DNA from: Chthoniobacterales bacterium
Lineage (GTDB): Bacteria; Verrucomicrobiota; Verrucomicrobiia; Chthoniobacterales; Chthoniobacteraceae
Direction: 5' to 3'
Length of the DNA: 64,000 bases
Assembly: GCA_038207335.1 (NCBI GenBank)
Contig: JBBQZX010000003.1
Location: 1 to 64,000 of the forward strand
Each line of letters starts with the position of its first letter. The first letter of the stretch is position 1. The translations under genes were made by a program, and so were the position numbers. This document shows positions 1 through 10,100 of the stretch, one piece after another. Below the pieces are notes generated by a model. It had not been told where the DNA came from and did no database searches. It worked only from the letters and a program-made list of their open reading frames with translations.

Positions 1-83
1 GAGCACTTCGGCATGGTTCACATGGCCACATTACTCATTTTGTTTGGCGTGCTGGTTTTCACCCGCATTCTGAAACAACCGTC

Positions 84-166
84 GCCTAACCATGCGCTGC
101 AGCGAACTGCTCCGGGCGTCACGGCTCCTGCTCCCCGCAGACCCGCCGCGCAAGCGCGCGCCGTCC
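84..166 (+). repeat. Truncated attC-like (integron cassette-type) site
   Basis: GCCTAAC (RYYYAAC) followed by CATGCGCTGCAGCGAAC, resembling the left arm of attC sites; no matching right arm (GTTRRRY) nearby. Confidence 0.4.
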
Positions 167-808
167 AAGGAGACTCGAGACAGCGAGCACGAATTCAGGA
201 ACTAATCAAACTGGGGACTTCAATGCAGGAGGCTTCAATGCGGGAGAGTGCAGCGCGGGAGAGTGAAGCGAGTGAGAACGCAGCGCGGGAGAACCTGTCA
301 CGACTAAATGCCGAGCAGATCAAACAGATTACCGTGGAAGACTTGAGTGAAGAAATTGAAGGTGACTCGACCTACGCGTTTCGCTTTAGAATTGCGCGAC
401 GTTGTCAGACTTGAAGGGAGCGTGTCAATTTGCGACACTTATTGGAGTGTGATCGAAGTAAAGCCATTCCAACTCATTGGCGTAACCGTTACTCCGGGGG
501 TCTCCGCTATTCGCACACTAAAACTTCAGTTTCAGCACTTGCCACCAGACCATAAATTCAAGATCGAGATCGCGGGCGCGCATTTTCCGTAGGCGGTGCC
601 GGTTCTGTGACGGTGTTCATGTCGGATTCGATCAACGCAATTTTCGAGCTTTTCGCTTTAGCCACGGCGTTCATTTGGTCGAGAAAGCCGAGATAGGCAG
701 ACGATGCCCGGTGTAGGAAATGCCCAGCGTTCACCATTGCGCCGCCGATGCGTCGACGTTGGCCGTGCAGCGCGTTTGATGCATGCCGAGTGTCATGACG
801 GCGGGGCT

Positions 809-1054
809 TTAGCCTTGGCCTTTGCGGGGGCGTTTAGCCGCTGGCTTCTTTGCCTTTCGGATTGCCTCTCGCAATGCCGGTAGGGTTGACGTTGGGACGG
901 TGCCGACTTCGAGCACTAGCCGTCCGCAAGTCGTTGCGTTAGTGCCGTCGAATTGCTCGCGCATCACGCGACCTATCAGGGTGAGGTTTGGGAGCATGGA
1001 GTCGGCAATTTGTGCCGATTGGTCAGCGGTGAGGATGATATTGAAGGCGCTCAT
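809..1054 (-). CDS. Small hypothetical protein of the element, basic C-terminus
   Basis: 81-aa ORF whose ATG overlaps the stop of the upstream rep-like gene at 1054 (translational coupling). Confidence 0.6.
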   Translation of the reverse strand: MSAFNIILTADQSAQIADSMLPNLTLIGRVMREQFDGTNATTCGRLVLEVGTVPTSTLPALREAIRKAKKPAAKRPRKGQG

Positions 1055-2223
1055 TAGAATTCTGTCAGCTCACTATCCCACTTGTGAAATGCTGCATGTT
1101 GACTGGAGCACGAGCGCCAAGGTGCAACGGGAATGCCGTTCCCTGCTGGTTGGACTGTGTTCCACCACGTCACCCATAGTGCAGGCGTAGGTTCGTGAGG
1201 AGTCGCTACTGTCTCCCCATTCTTCTGATCCACAACTACAGGGCTCGCAAGAGCCCCGTATTTGAGTGGGTTTTTATCAAGTGGGTTTATATTCTCTGAG
1301 TTTCTATTCAGAGGGTTTCTATTCAAAGGGTTTATATTAAAGGTGCCCTCACGGTGCCCTTCCTGTTGCCCTTCCTGTTGCCCTGACGGTGCCGCATCGT
1401 CGCCCTCACGGTGCCCTGACGGTGCCATTTTCTCGTCGCTGCTATTAAAGGTGCCATTTGCCTCCTTGATCCGAATGGCGAGCGCTGCGTTTTTCTTTTG
1501 TCTGTCGGCCTTGAACGCGGGGCTGTAAGTCCGCTTCACAAAGATTCGATCGCGCATGTCATCCTCACTCATGCGGTGGGAAAAGTAGGTAACGCGCCCG
1601 TGGGGGTCCGGCGTAACTCGAGCGAACCATTTCAACTCATGCAGCTTCTCCACGGTGCCGCGAAGTTGCTTCGGGGTGAGTTCTGCCGGGAACTTGTGGC
1701 GGGCCTTTAATGCCGCGGCTTTCACGGCCTCGCTTTTGCATCCGATGTATCGAGCGGCGATCATCCGCTGCGGAATCACGACGGGGATTGATTTGCTGCC
1801 GATTGCGGAGAATATCGCAGCGAGAACTCGAAACTCGCGGAAGCTCATTTGTCCGCCGTCGCGCACTTCGAAGCATTCGTCCGTGCGAATTCTCACAAGG
1901 GGCCCTGGTCCGTGAGTCGCGTCCCATTTCGCCGCGTGGTTGTAGATTGTCGAGTGCCTACAGACAGAGTTCCTGGCAGAGCCTACGGTCATGCCGCAAA
2001 CTTGCGCGCCGAGGTGAGCGCAGAGTTCGAATGAATCAGACATCGCTGCGTCAAGGTCGAACTCTTCGCACTTCTCTTCGCGTTCCTCGGCTTCCATGTC
2101 GGCGATAACGGAGCGCCCTGCTTCGATCATTCCATACGACATCACTAGCTGCATTAGCGACCGCGCCTCAATGTCGAGAGCCAGCGCGCAAAGTGGGAAC
2201 TGCAGATATTTATCATTTCTCAT
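1054..2223 (-). CDS. Putative replication initiator protein (lambda O-like architecture)
   Basis: 389 aa; position after xis-like gene; possible winged-helix segment (ELTPKQLRGTVEKLHELKWF); low-complexity linker coinciding with internal DNA repeats. Confidence 0.6.
   Translation of the reverse strand: MRNDKYLQFPLCALALDIEARSLMQLVMSYGMIEAGRSVIADMEAEEREEKCEEFDLDAAMSDSFELCAHLGAQVCGMTVGSARNSVCRHSTIYNHAAKWDATHGPGPLVRIRTDECFEVRDGGQMSFREFRVLAAIFSAIGSKSIPVVIPQRMIAARYIGCKSEAVKAAALKARHKFPAELTPKQLRGTVEKLHELKWFARVTPDPHGRVTYFSHRMSEDDMRDRIFVKRTYSPAFKADRQKKNAALAIRIKEANGTFNSSDEKMAPSGHREGDDAAPSGQQEGQQEGHREGTFNINPLNRNPLNRNSENINPLDKNPLKYGALASPVVVDQKNGETVATPHEPTPALWVTWWNTVQPAGNGIPVAPWRSCSSQHAAFHKWDSELTEF
1266..1455. 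repeat. Putative replication origin: five 15-bp AT-rich repeats plus eight ~11-bp-phased GGTGCC-type iterons
   Basis: 15-mers start at 1266, 1281, 1296, 1311, 1326 (core GGGTTTHTAT); G(G/T)YGCC hexamers at 1342, 1353, 1365, 1377, 1388, 1399, 1410, 1421 and again at 1450. Confidence 0.7.
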
Positions 2224-2409
2224 GGGCAGGTTTTCGCCTTGCCTTGCGGTGCGTTTTGGGTAGCTTCTTCACCGTTGTTCACGCGGTGATTTTGAAGCGC
2301 CTTTCGGCTCCGGTCGGAAGGCGTTTCGTTTACGAGCCGATGCCTCCGGTTTGTCCCGCTGGGATGCGGGCGCTTTCATTTTCCGGCGAGCTCCCCCAAG
2401 TGAGGGTAT

Positions 2410-2646
2410 TCATTTCACGGTCCTCGGTTTGCTAGCGCGCGGCTTGCGCGGATTCGGATCGTAAGGCTCGGCGAGACTGAGCACGCGCTCCAACTCTGTT
2501 GCCGGAATGAGGATGCGCCCTAGTTGTGTCACGGCTTTGAGCTTGCCCGCATAAAGCAGGCGGTAGGCCCATGATCCGTGTCTTCCGCAGGATGCAGCAA
2601 ACTCCGCTGGCGAGTAGGCTGCCCGATGTTGTGTAGTGGGTTGCAT
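2410..2646 (-). CDS. Excisionase/AlpA-like helix-turn-helix DNA-binding protein
   Basis: 78 aa; AYSPAEFAASCGRHGSWAYRLLYAGKLKAV...GRILIPATELERVL fits the HTH_17/Xis pattern. Confidence 0.75.
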   Translation of the reverse strand: MQPTTQHRAAYSPAEFAASCGRHGSWAYRLLYAGKLKAVTQLGRILIPATELERVLSLAEPYDPNPRKPRASKPRTVK

Positions 2647-2732
2647 AGGGATTTATCGAAAACCCGTGCATAACCCAACACGACTACGCAACTTCTTGAG
2701 CGGATGAGATTCCGCCGTGTTCACGTAGCCGC

Positions 2733-3707
2733 CTACGAGAACCCATCTCTCCAAAGGATTTCCATCACCGACAGGCTCTTCGTGACTGCGTTCTCCCATT
2801 CCCGGGATTCCTCGAATAACGGACCGCCTTTGCGGGCCTTCCCTTTCACTTTCTGTCGGAAAAAGGGACGGGTGCGGCCGTCGTCGGTATGTTTGTGATT
2901 CCGCCTCGTCCACGCCTTTGCCTCTTTTAAACCTAGCGTCACCCGGAGCCTTGCTGCCGTGAGTTGTTTCAGCGCAGTTTTAAACCAGTCGAGTGTCCCG
3001 GGTTCTCCTCTAGTAAGCATCGCCGCCTTGAACCTCCCGAGAGCCTCCGCCCGATTGGTCTCGAGCCACGATTTGAAACCCTTGATGAGAGCATCCTTTC
3101 CGCCCCGATAATTGATCGTGACGACAATGTGCTCCACGTCCGGAAGTTGATCGTTATGCACGCTGGCGATAACAGGCTTCTCGCGCCAGTCACGGTGCCC
3201 CTTTTTTCGCGTCTCGTCCGCCAGCTCTTGGAGCGCCTTCACTACTTTCATGCCGGTGAGAGCCTCGACATCCAGGGTGTTGAAGGGCCGCGTTACACAG
3301 GGTCGCATCATTCCCTGAAAGTGGTCCGAAATTTCTTCCTTCTCTTCCGGCTTAAGCAATGTCCACGGCGCGAGAGGGAAACTTTTGCACGTCCAGATCG
3401 CACGCCAAGGCCATTGAGAAATCTGAAAATTGTAATCAGCGGGCTGATCTTTCGCGGTGTTCGGCCCGCAAAGCTCATGCTCTTTGCCCTCGTGAAACTT
3501 AGTCGCCGCGTATCTGAAAGACGTCGATTCGCGGGCAAATTCGTAGCACGTCGCGGCCTCCACTTCGCAGTCTGGAACGTCGTCCGTTAAGTAGTCCTGT
3601 ATCGCTTCACGCTCCTTCACAATCCACGTTTGCGATTGCTGAAACCTAACTCTCGCCGGTTCCTGTTTCCCCACTTTCATGGCCTTGACTGATTGCGCCT
3701 CTTTCAT
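2733..3707 (-). CDS. Hypothetical protein of the integrative element
   Basis: ~324-aa ORF (start taken at MKEAQ, 3707) between integrase and xis-like gene; no recognisable motif. Confidence 0.6.
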   Translation of the reverse strand: MKEAQSVKAMKVGKQEPARVRFQQSQTWIVKEREAIQDYLTDDVPDCEVEAATCYEFARESTSFRYAATKFHEGKEHELCGPNTAKDQPADYNFQISQWPWRAIWTCKSFPLAPWTLLKPEEKEEISDHFQGMMRPCVTRPFNTLDVEALTGMKVVKALQELADETRKKGHRDWREKPVIASVHNDQLPDVEHIVVTINYRGGKDALIKGFKSWLETNRAEALGRFKAAMLTRGEPGTLDWFKTALKQLTAARLRVTLGLKEAKAWTRRNHKHTDDGRTRPFFRQKVKGKARKGGPLFEESREWENAVTKSLSVMEILWRDGFS

Positions 3708-3834
3708 GAGCCCGTTGCGAAAGCCCGCATCGTATCGACCGCACGCCCGATTTCCCCTATCGGCTTCCCCATGACGGGGCTGCGTGTGGCCCGGCAAAGT
3801 TTTCTTCCGTGCCCTAGCCTGCTTCCTCGCGCAC

Positions 3835-4959
3835 TCATGCACACATGGCGACGATGTTGCCCGCCGATTGCGCCCGCTGGACTCCAAAGCTTACCTTTTG
3901 CGCCTGCGCAATGCTGTGCTCGCGGCGGAGGTGCCCGTAAGTCTTCATCGCCAGCGCGCCGCCATCCTTGTGCCCGAGCCAGCGCGAGACGGTGGGAATG
4001 TCCACCCCGCCTTCGATGCACGCCGTCGCGAAAAGATGCCTCAAATCGTGATGGGTGATGCGAGGCGCGCCGGTCTTTTTCGCCGCGCTGTCGATCGCCT
4101 TTTGCGCTTCACCGACTTGAAACACCTTCGCCGTGAGTGGTTCGTCTGCCCGCTTGCCACGCATCCGGTCGAACAGCGCCCGCGCGTCGGGGATCATCGG
4201 CACGCGCCGCACCTCCCAATTCTTCGTGCCCGTCTCAGGATCGCCGCGCACCACAATCTCCCCGGCCTCAAAGTCTAAATCCCGCCACTCGATTTGCGAC
4301 GCCTCCCCCTTGCGGCATCCGGTGAAAGCAAGCCCGCGCAGATAGTCCGCGCAGTCCCGCGAACACCATGCGCCCGCCGTTTCCACCGATTCCATCATCG
4401 CCAAGAATTGTTCGCGACTCGGAAGCGTGAGTTGCTTTGCACGCACCGTCACCCGTTCCAGCTTCGCCGCTGGATTGGAGTAAATCACGCCCGCCTCAAT
4501 CGCCACGTCGAAGACATGCCGAAGCCCCGAGAGCGTGTTGTTGTAGCGGGTCGAGGAAGCCACTTTTGAGAAGGCCCGCGCCCACGACTTGCAGTCCGTC
4601 ACCGACACGCGCCGAATCTCGCGTTCCGCCAGTTCCGGCCAGCTTTTGAACAGCGCGACGAATATCTGATTCCAGTAGTGCCGAGTCGCCGGTTTCAGCT
4701 TCACGTCGTCGGCCTGATTTTGCTGATGAATCGCAAGCGCCTGCGCGAACGTCATCTTTGCCGAGCCGTCGCCGCTGCTTGCTGCCTGCTTATCTCGATG
4801 CTCCTTCAGGAACTCCGCCAGCCGCGCCTTGGCGACTGAGAAGTGCGAAGTCTTCAACGACTTCCAAATTTCTTTCCCATTCCCGAAGGCGCGAGCGTAG
4901 TATCCGCCCGACGAATGCCGCACCAAGTTTTGCTCACGAGTTTTTTCCCAAGTTTTCAT
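3835..4959 (-). CDS. Tyrosine recombinase/integrase
   Basis: 374 aa from MKTWEK; intact catalytic set R (TGCRKGE), K (GTKNW), HxxR (HDLRH), H (LGH), Y (KTYGH); N-terminal arm-binding-like region. Confidence 0.95.
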   Translation of the reverse strand: MKTWEKTREQNLVRHSSGGYYARAFGNGKEIWKSLKTSHFSVAKARLAEFLKEHRDKQAASSGDGSAKMTFAQALAIHQQNQADDVKLKPATRHYWNQIFVALFKSWPELAEREIRRVSVTDCKSWARAFSKVASSTRYNNTLSGLRHVFDVAIEAGVIYSNPAAKLERVTVRAKQLTLPSREQFLAMMESVETAGAWCSRDCADYLRGLAFTGCRKGEASQIEWRDLDFEAGEIVVRGDPETGTKNWEVRRVPMIPDARALFDRMRGKRADEPLTAKVFQVGEAQKAIDSAAKKTGAPRITHHDLRHLFATACIEGGVDIPTVSRWLGHKDGGALAMKTYGHLRREHSIAQAQKVSFGVQRAQSAGNIVAMCA

Positions 4960-4983
4960 GGTTTTGTGCTGTTTTGCAGCTTC

Positions 4984-5006
4984 ACCGTAGAAAGCGACCG
5001 TAGAAA
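4984..5006. repeat. Tandem 10-bp direct repeat, candidate integrase arm-type binding sites
   Basis: ACCGTAGAAA at 4984-4993 and 4997-5006, between integrase start and tRNA. Confidence 0.6.
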
Positions 5007-5058
5007 AGTCAAACGAGACTTTTTCGGCGCGTCGCAAGTCGTTGGTTTCCAGTAGTTT

Positions 5059-5131
<73 letters not shown>

Positions 5132-5253
5132 TGTTTGCGTCGCGTCGGCGGGCGCGACGCAGAGTGTCTCGAAAGCGGACACGCTTTTCGTCTTTTCAGA
5201 GGGGTTCTCTCTGTAAGTCTTCGTGGGCATCGGGGGTGCTAAAAGGATGTCTC

Positions 5254-5340
5254 ATGCTCACTCTTTCTGCTTTCACGGTCTTCACCGGCGCGCTCGTCTT
5301 TGCAGTGTGGTTTGCAATCCAAGACGAATTTAGCGCCTAA
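5254..5340 (+). CDS. Possible 28-aa single-TM small protein
   Basis: MLTLSAFTVFTGALVFAVWFAIQDEFSA; AAAGGA upstream; stops 2 bp before the sigma gene. Confidence 0.35.
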   Translation: MLTLSAFTVFTGALVFAVWFAIQDEFSA

Positions 5341-5342
5341 AA

Positions 5343-6035
5343 ATGCCGACGCCGACGCCTCAAATAATCACCCAAACTCAAACTCAAAATATGACATTTA
5401 CCGAAAACACGTCCGCCGTCCTCGACGGTGAATCCGCCACGAAATATTCCCCGAAGGCTCTTGGGCCACTCGACATTGCCGATGAAGTTTTGATGGAGAG
5501 GATTCAAGTAAGTGATCCTGAAGCTCTCGCCATGCTGCACGATCGGTATGCGAGCATGCTAAAGGCGGTCATCATCAAAGTCCTGCACAATGATGCAGAG
5601 GCGGATGACATGCTGCAGGAAGTCTTTGTGGAAATCTGGAATCGGGCCGGCAGCTATTGTGCTGACAAAGGGAAGCCGCTTGGCTGGATCATCACGCTGA
5701 CGCGTCGCCGCTCGATCGATCGCTTACGCAAACGGGATGCTTACTGCCGCGCTGAGGATCGTCTCGCTGAAGAGACTAAGAACGCGCCGTCGAGTTACAC
5801 GGGACGGCTTGATGAGGAAATCGCCCACGCGGAGATGCGTCAGATCCTTCTCCCTGTTTTGAACGGCCTGCCCGTGGCGCAGAAGGAGGCGATCGAGTTT
5901 GCCTTTTTCAAGGGGATGAGCCAGCGCGAGATTGCCGCCCACACAGGAATTCCGCTCGGCACGATCAAAACCCGGCTTGAGCTGGGGCTGAGGAAAGTTG
6001 CAGAGGCTCTTCGCGGCTTCGAGGATTTGCTGTGA
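5343..6035 (+). CDS. ECF RNA polymerase sigma factor (SigK/RpoE-like)
   Basis: Region 2 (EADDMLQEVFVEIW...GWIITLTRRRSIDRLR) and region 4 (GMSQREIAAHTGIPLGTIKTRL). Confidence 0.92.
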   Translation: MPTPTPQIITQTQTQNMTFTENTSAVLDGESATKYSPKALGPLDIADEVLMERIQVSDPEALAMLHDRYASMLKAVIIKVLHNDAEADDMLQEVFVEIWNRAGSYCADKGKPLGWIITLTRRRSIDRLRKRDAYCRAEDRLAEETKNAPSSYTGRLDEEIAHAEMRQILLPVLNGLPVAQKEAIEFAFFKGMSQREIAAHTGIPLGTIKTRLELGLRKVAEALRGFEDLL

Positions 6036-6141
6036 GCTTCCCCTGGTAAATCAGGGTTTCAGTTTTAGGAATTGGCGTCACGTGCTGCCCGAGGTAAAGA
6101 ACGGCTGGTGACGTCGATTCTTTTTCAGCCCTTTCCCTCAA

Positions 6142-7149
6142 ATGGTTAGAGTCGGCCTCATCGGATTAGGTGCCATGGGGCGGGTCCATTTCGACTGCTG
6201 GCGCAGGAGCGGGAAGGCCCAGCTCTCAGCCATTTGCTCTCGGGACCGGCGAAAGCTCGCGGGGGATTGGGGTGCTGGGGAATTCAACCTCGGCGATCAA
6301 GCCGCCGAACGCGTCGATCTCACAGGGATCGCCGGATATGAAGATGCGGCTGGTATGCTTGCCGATCCTGGAATCGACATCGTCGATCTTTGTCTCCCCA
6401 CCCAGTTGCACGCGCCGCTTGCGATTGCTGCGCTGCGGGCGGGAAAGAATGTTTTCTGTGAAAAGCCCATGGCTCTCACATTGGCGGAGTGTGATGCGAT
6501 GTGCGCAGCCGCGGGCGAATCTGGGCGTGAACTCGCAGTGGGTCATTGCCTTCGATATTGGCCGCATTACGTGGGAGCGAAGGAGATGCTCGATAGCGGC
6601 GAATTTGGACGCGCCAAGTATGCGCGATTTTCAAGGACGGGTGCCGCGCCGACGTGGAGCGCCGGAGGCTGGCTCATGAAAGGGAAGGAGAGCGGAGGGG
6701 TGCTCGACATGCACATTCACGATATCGATGTTGCGCTCTGGTGGTTTGGACGTCCTGAGAAAATCGCGGCGTCGGGGGTTTCGCCAGATGGGCTGCCGCT
6801 GGTCGTCGATGCGAGCTGGCAATATCGAGACGAGCTTACCGCGCAGCTTCATTCTGCTTGGGATCGCAATGGCGGTGCGTTTCGCCACGCGTTTCAGCTC
6901 GTCATGGAAAATGCGACCCTGCTCTACGACCTCGCGTCGAATCCCGACGCGCTCATTTTGCGGCGCGATGGGAAAGACACGACGCTTCCGATGCCGAAGC
7001 CGGACGCATACGCCGCGCAGCTCGACGACTTCGCCGCATGCGTCGGCGAGGGTCGAAAAATCACGCGGATCACGCCGGCCGACAGCCGACTCGCGGTTGA
7101 GGTCGGGCTGGAGGAACTACGGCAGCTCGCCGATCGGTCCTCGACATAG
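6142..7149 (+). CDS. Gfo/Idh/MocA family oxidoreductase
   Basis: GLIGLGAMG Rossmann motif, CEKPMA, DMHIHDID. Confidence 0.92.
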   Translation: MVRVGLIGLGAMGRVHFDCWRRSGKAQLSAICSRDRRKLAGDWGAGEFNLGDQAAERVDLTGIAGYEDAAGMLADPGIDIVDLCLPTQLHAPLAIAALRAGKNVFCEKPMALTLAECDAMCAAAGESGRELAVGHCLRYWPHYVGAKEMLDSGEFGRAKYARFSRTGAAPTWSAGGWLMKGKESGGVLDMHIHDIDVALWWFGRPEKIAASGVSPDGLPLVVDASWQYRDELTAQLHSAWDRNGGAFRHAFQLVMENATLLYDLASNPDALILRRDGKDTTLPMPKPDAYAAQLDDFAACVGEGRKITRITPADSRLAVEVGLEELRQLADRSST

Positions 7150-7159
7150 TCCGGGGCGA

Positions 7160-10100
7160 CTATTTCTTTTTCAGCGAGGCGAGGTACTCGACGAGATCGA
7201 CGAGATCCTGCTGGCTGAGCGCTTGATTGAGGCCGCTCGGCATCATCGAGGCCGCGAGTTTTTCACGCTTTGAGATGTCGGCTTTTGCGAATTTTGTCGT
7301 GATCCCCATCGGCAGCGCGAGCACTAGTTCATTCTTCGTTTCGCTGCGGACGATGCCAATAGCCGCACCGCCGTTTTTCGTTTCGATCTGCCAAGTTTCG
7401 AACCCCATCGAGATGCCTGCATTGGGATTGATGATCGACTCGAAGATCGCTTCTTTGCCGAGCTTCGTGCCGATTTCGCTCAGCGCCGGCGCGAAGTCCA
7501 CACCGACATCGCCGACGCGGTGACAGGTGATGCAGGTCGTCTCCGCTTTTGCAAAAAGCGCTTTGCCGTGAGCGGCATCGCCCTTTTCTTTGGCCAGCTC
7601 GGACATGGGTGGAAGCGGCTTTCCGCCTAGCGCATTCGGTGCCGGAAAAAGCTGCGCGATTTGATCTTTGAACTGCGCGAACTGCACCGAATTCAGCGCG
7701 CCCGTCGCGACGAGTTTGAGGTCTTGCGGGAATTTATTTTCTGTCGCGAGTTTCAATATCGCCTCGACGCCTTTCGGGCTGCGGGCGAGCGCCTGCGCCG
7801 CGGCGGTGCGGTGAGCGATGTTCGCATTCGGGTCGTTCATGAGGCCGAGCAAGATCGCGAGGCCCCCGCGCTCGGCATTCGCTCCGAGCAGGTCGATGAG
7901 CTTCGCTCCGTCGGGTTGCGAGAGCGCAATGGCAACGGTTTTCGCAGCCTCGGGCTCAGCGAGAGCCATGCGCACGGCTTCCACGGCGGCGGGATCGGTG
8001 GGATTTTTCACCGCCACGTCGAGCAATGCAGTCCCTTGTCCCTGAATTTTGAAGTCACGCACGAGTTCGACGAGTCGTGGCTTTCCGCGAGCGACGTCCA
8101 GCACATGCTCAGTTGCGGTTTTTACCTCCGGGCTGTTAGCCGCGTCGGTCTTGGAAAGTCGCTGGAGTGCTTCCCCGGTGATTGCATCGCCCGCATTTGC
8201 GCTGACCAGTTTCACCAGCGCTTTCGTTTTCTCCGGGCTCTCCGCGAGAAAGTCGAACTCGCGAACGAACTTCGGTTTCGCTTCATCCGAGACCGCTTTG
8301 TCGCCGATGATTTTCGCGAGGTAATCCGCTGCTTTCGCGGTGCGCAGACGCCAAACGATGTCGCGCCCGGCGGGTGTGTTCCATTTATCGCCGACCGCCG
8401 CGAGCCACGTCGTGAAGTCGAGGTCGTCATTCCCCGCAGCGCCGATGCCGAGCGCCTCGAGATTCCATCGATCTTTCCCGTCGTACTGCTGCGCCAGCGT
8501 GGTCCAGAGCTTTGCGGCTTCGGGTGAAGTATTGCCTCGCAACGCGAGCGCGCATTCGCGGCGGACCTGGGCGCTGGGATCATGCGCGAGCTTCGAGAGG
8601 ATCGTGAGCAGATCGGCATCCACTTCCTGTGCTAGCCGGATTCCGACGATGCGCAAATTTGGCTCACCGGCCGTGATCGCTGCATCTACGGCCCTCGCCG
8701 CGCCGCCGGGGATTCGCGCGAGCAGTTGGATCGCCCGCGCTTGAAAGCGCGGATTTTCACTTTTCCAGAGCTGTTCCAGCGCCGGTTGAGCCTTTGCACC
8801 GAGTGCGTGGAGCGTCTCCCAGGCGAGATACTGCGTGTCGCGATTTGGCGATTGCAGCGCGGCTACTGCGCCTGCGGCGGTGGAAAAATCGAATTTTGGA
8901 GCGGTCGCTTTCACTCCTTTTGGAGCAACGCGGTAGATGCGACCGCGAATTTTCGCCGCGTCGTGGTCGCCCATCGCGTGGCCACCGACGCCGGGGTCAT
9001 ACCAATCGGAGACGAGCAGCGAGCCATCCGGCGCGATCGCCACATCCGAGGGCCGATACCATGTGTCCTGCGGCGAGGTGAGGATATCCACCATCGTCGC
9101 CTTGTAGCCGGCGCCGTCATTTTCTACCGGATAAGCGCGCACCGTGCGGGGACCTGCATCGCAGTGGATGAGCTGGTTCGTGAACATCTTCCCGAGCAGC
9201 GTCCCTTCATTCACGAGGATGCCCGTCGGCGATCCGCCGCCCGTCTGCAAAAGATTCGGCACCACGCCGGGATCGTTTTGATGCCAATGCCGGAGCGGGA
9301 TTTCAGCCTCGAGATTCGTCCGCGGGGTCTGCCACGAACTGCCCGTGATCTCGTCTGAAAAGCCGAAATTCCCGAACTGCATCACGTAATTGATCCGCAC
9401 GCCTTTGTTCCCGTCGTCGTCATTGTCCGACTGCCAGATCGTGCCGAAGGAATCGACCGCCGCCTCGTAGTTGTTCCGAAAATTATTGCCCAGCGTCTCG
9501 ACGTGGCTCGCCTTCCCGGTCTCCAAATCGAGGTCGCAGCGGAAGACCATTCCGCCGCGATACGGCTTCCCTTTGTTCGTGATTTCGTTCCCCGCCTCGT
9601 CCTTCACATTCGTCCCATCCGGCCACTTCAACTCGTTGATCGAATTGCCCGAGTTGAAGTAAAATTTTCCATCTGGTCCCATTACGAATGCGTGAATCTG
9701 GTGGTCGTAATTCCACTCGCCGGTAATCTTGAAAATCACCTTCGCATCCTCCGCAACGTCGTCCCCATCGGCATCCGTGAGCAGCCATACATTCGGCGCG
9801 GCACTCACGATCACCTTGGTTCCTTTGGTCTGCGGGATCACGCAGATTCCGAGCGGATTCGTCAGGTCTTTGCTTTGAAAAAACGTCTTCTCCTTATCCG
9901 CGACGCCGTCGCCGTCGGTGTCTTCGAGGATCACGACGCGGTCGCCTTCCGGCCGCAGGGCGAGATATTTGCGATAGTTCACGCACTCCGTCGCCCACAC
10001 GCGGCCCCGCGGGTCGACATCGATATTTGTCGGATTTTGGATCATCGGCTCCGCCGCAAAAAGGCTTACCTGCAGCCCGTCTGCGGTGACCATTTTTGAG

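Larger units (their letters stand above)
1..5058. mobile_element. Right part of an integrative (phage-satellite/IME-like) element abutting tRNA-Ile2; left boundary probably outside the window
   Basis: int - hypothetical - xis/AlpA-like HTH - rep-like - small ORF, all on the minus strand, directly next to a tRNA; visibly more AT-rich than the flanking core genes; no phage structural or conjugation genes visible. Confidence 0.8.

Noticed and set aside
13..592. ORFs 13-414 and 347-592 as real genes
   Set aside because: The first reads through an attC-like arm and short repeats; neither has a recognisable motif.
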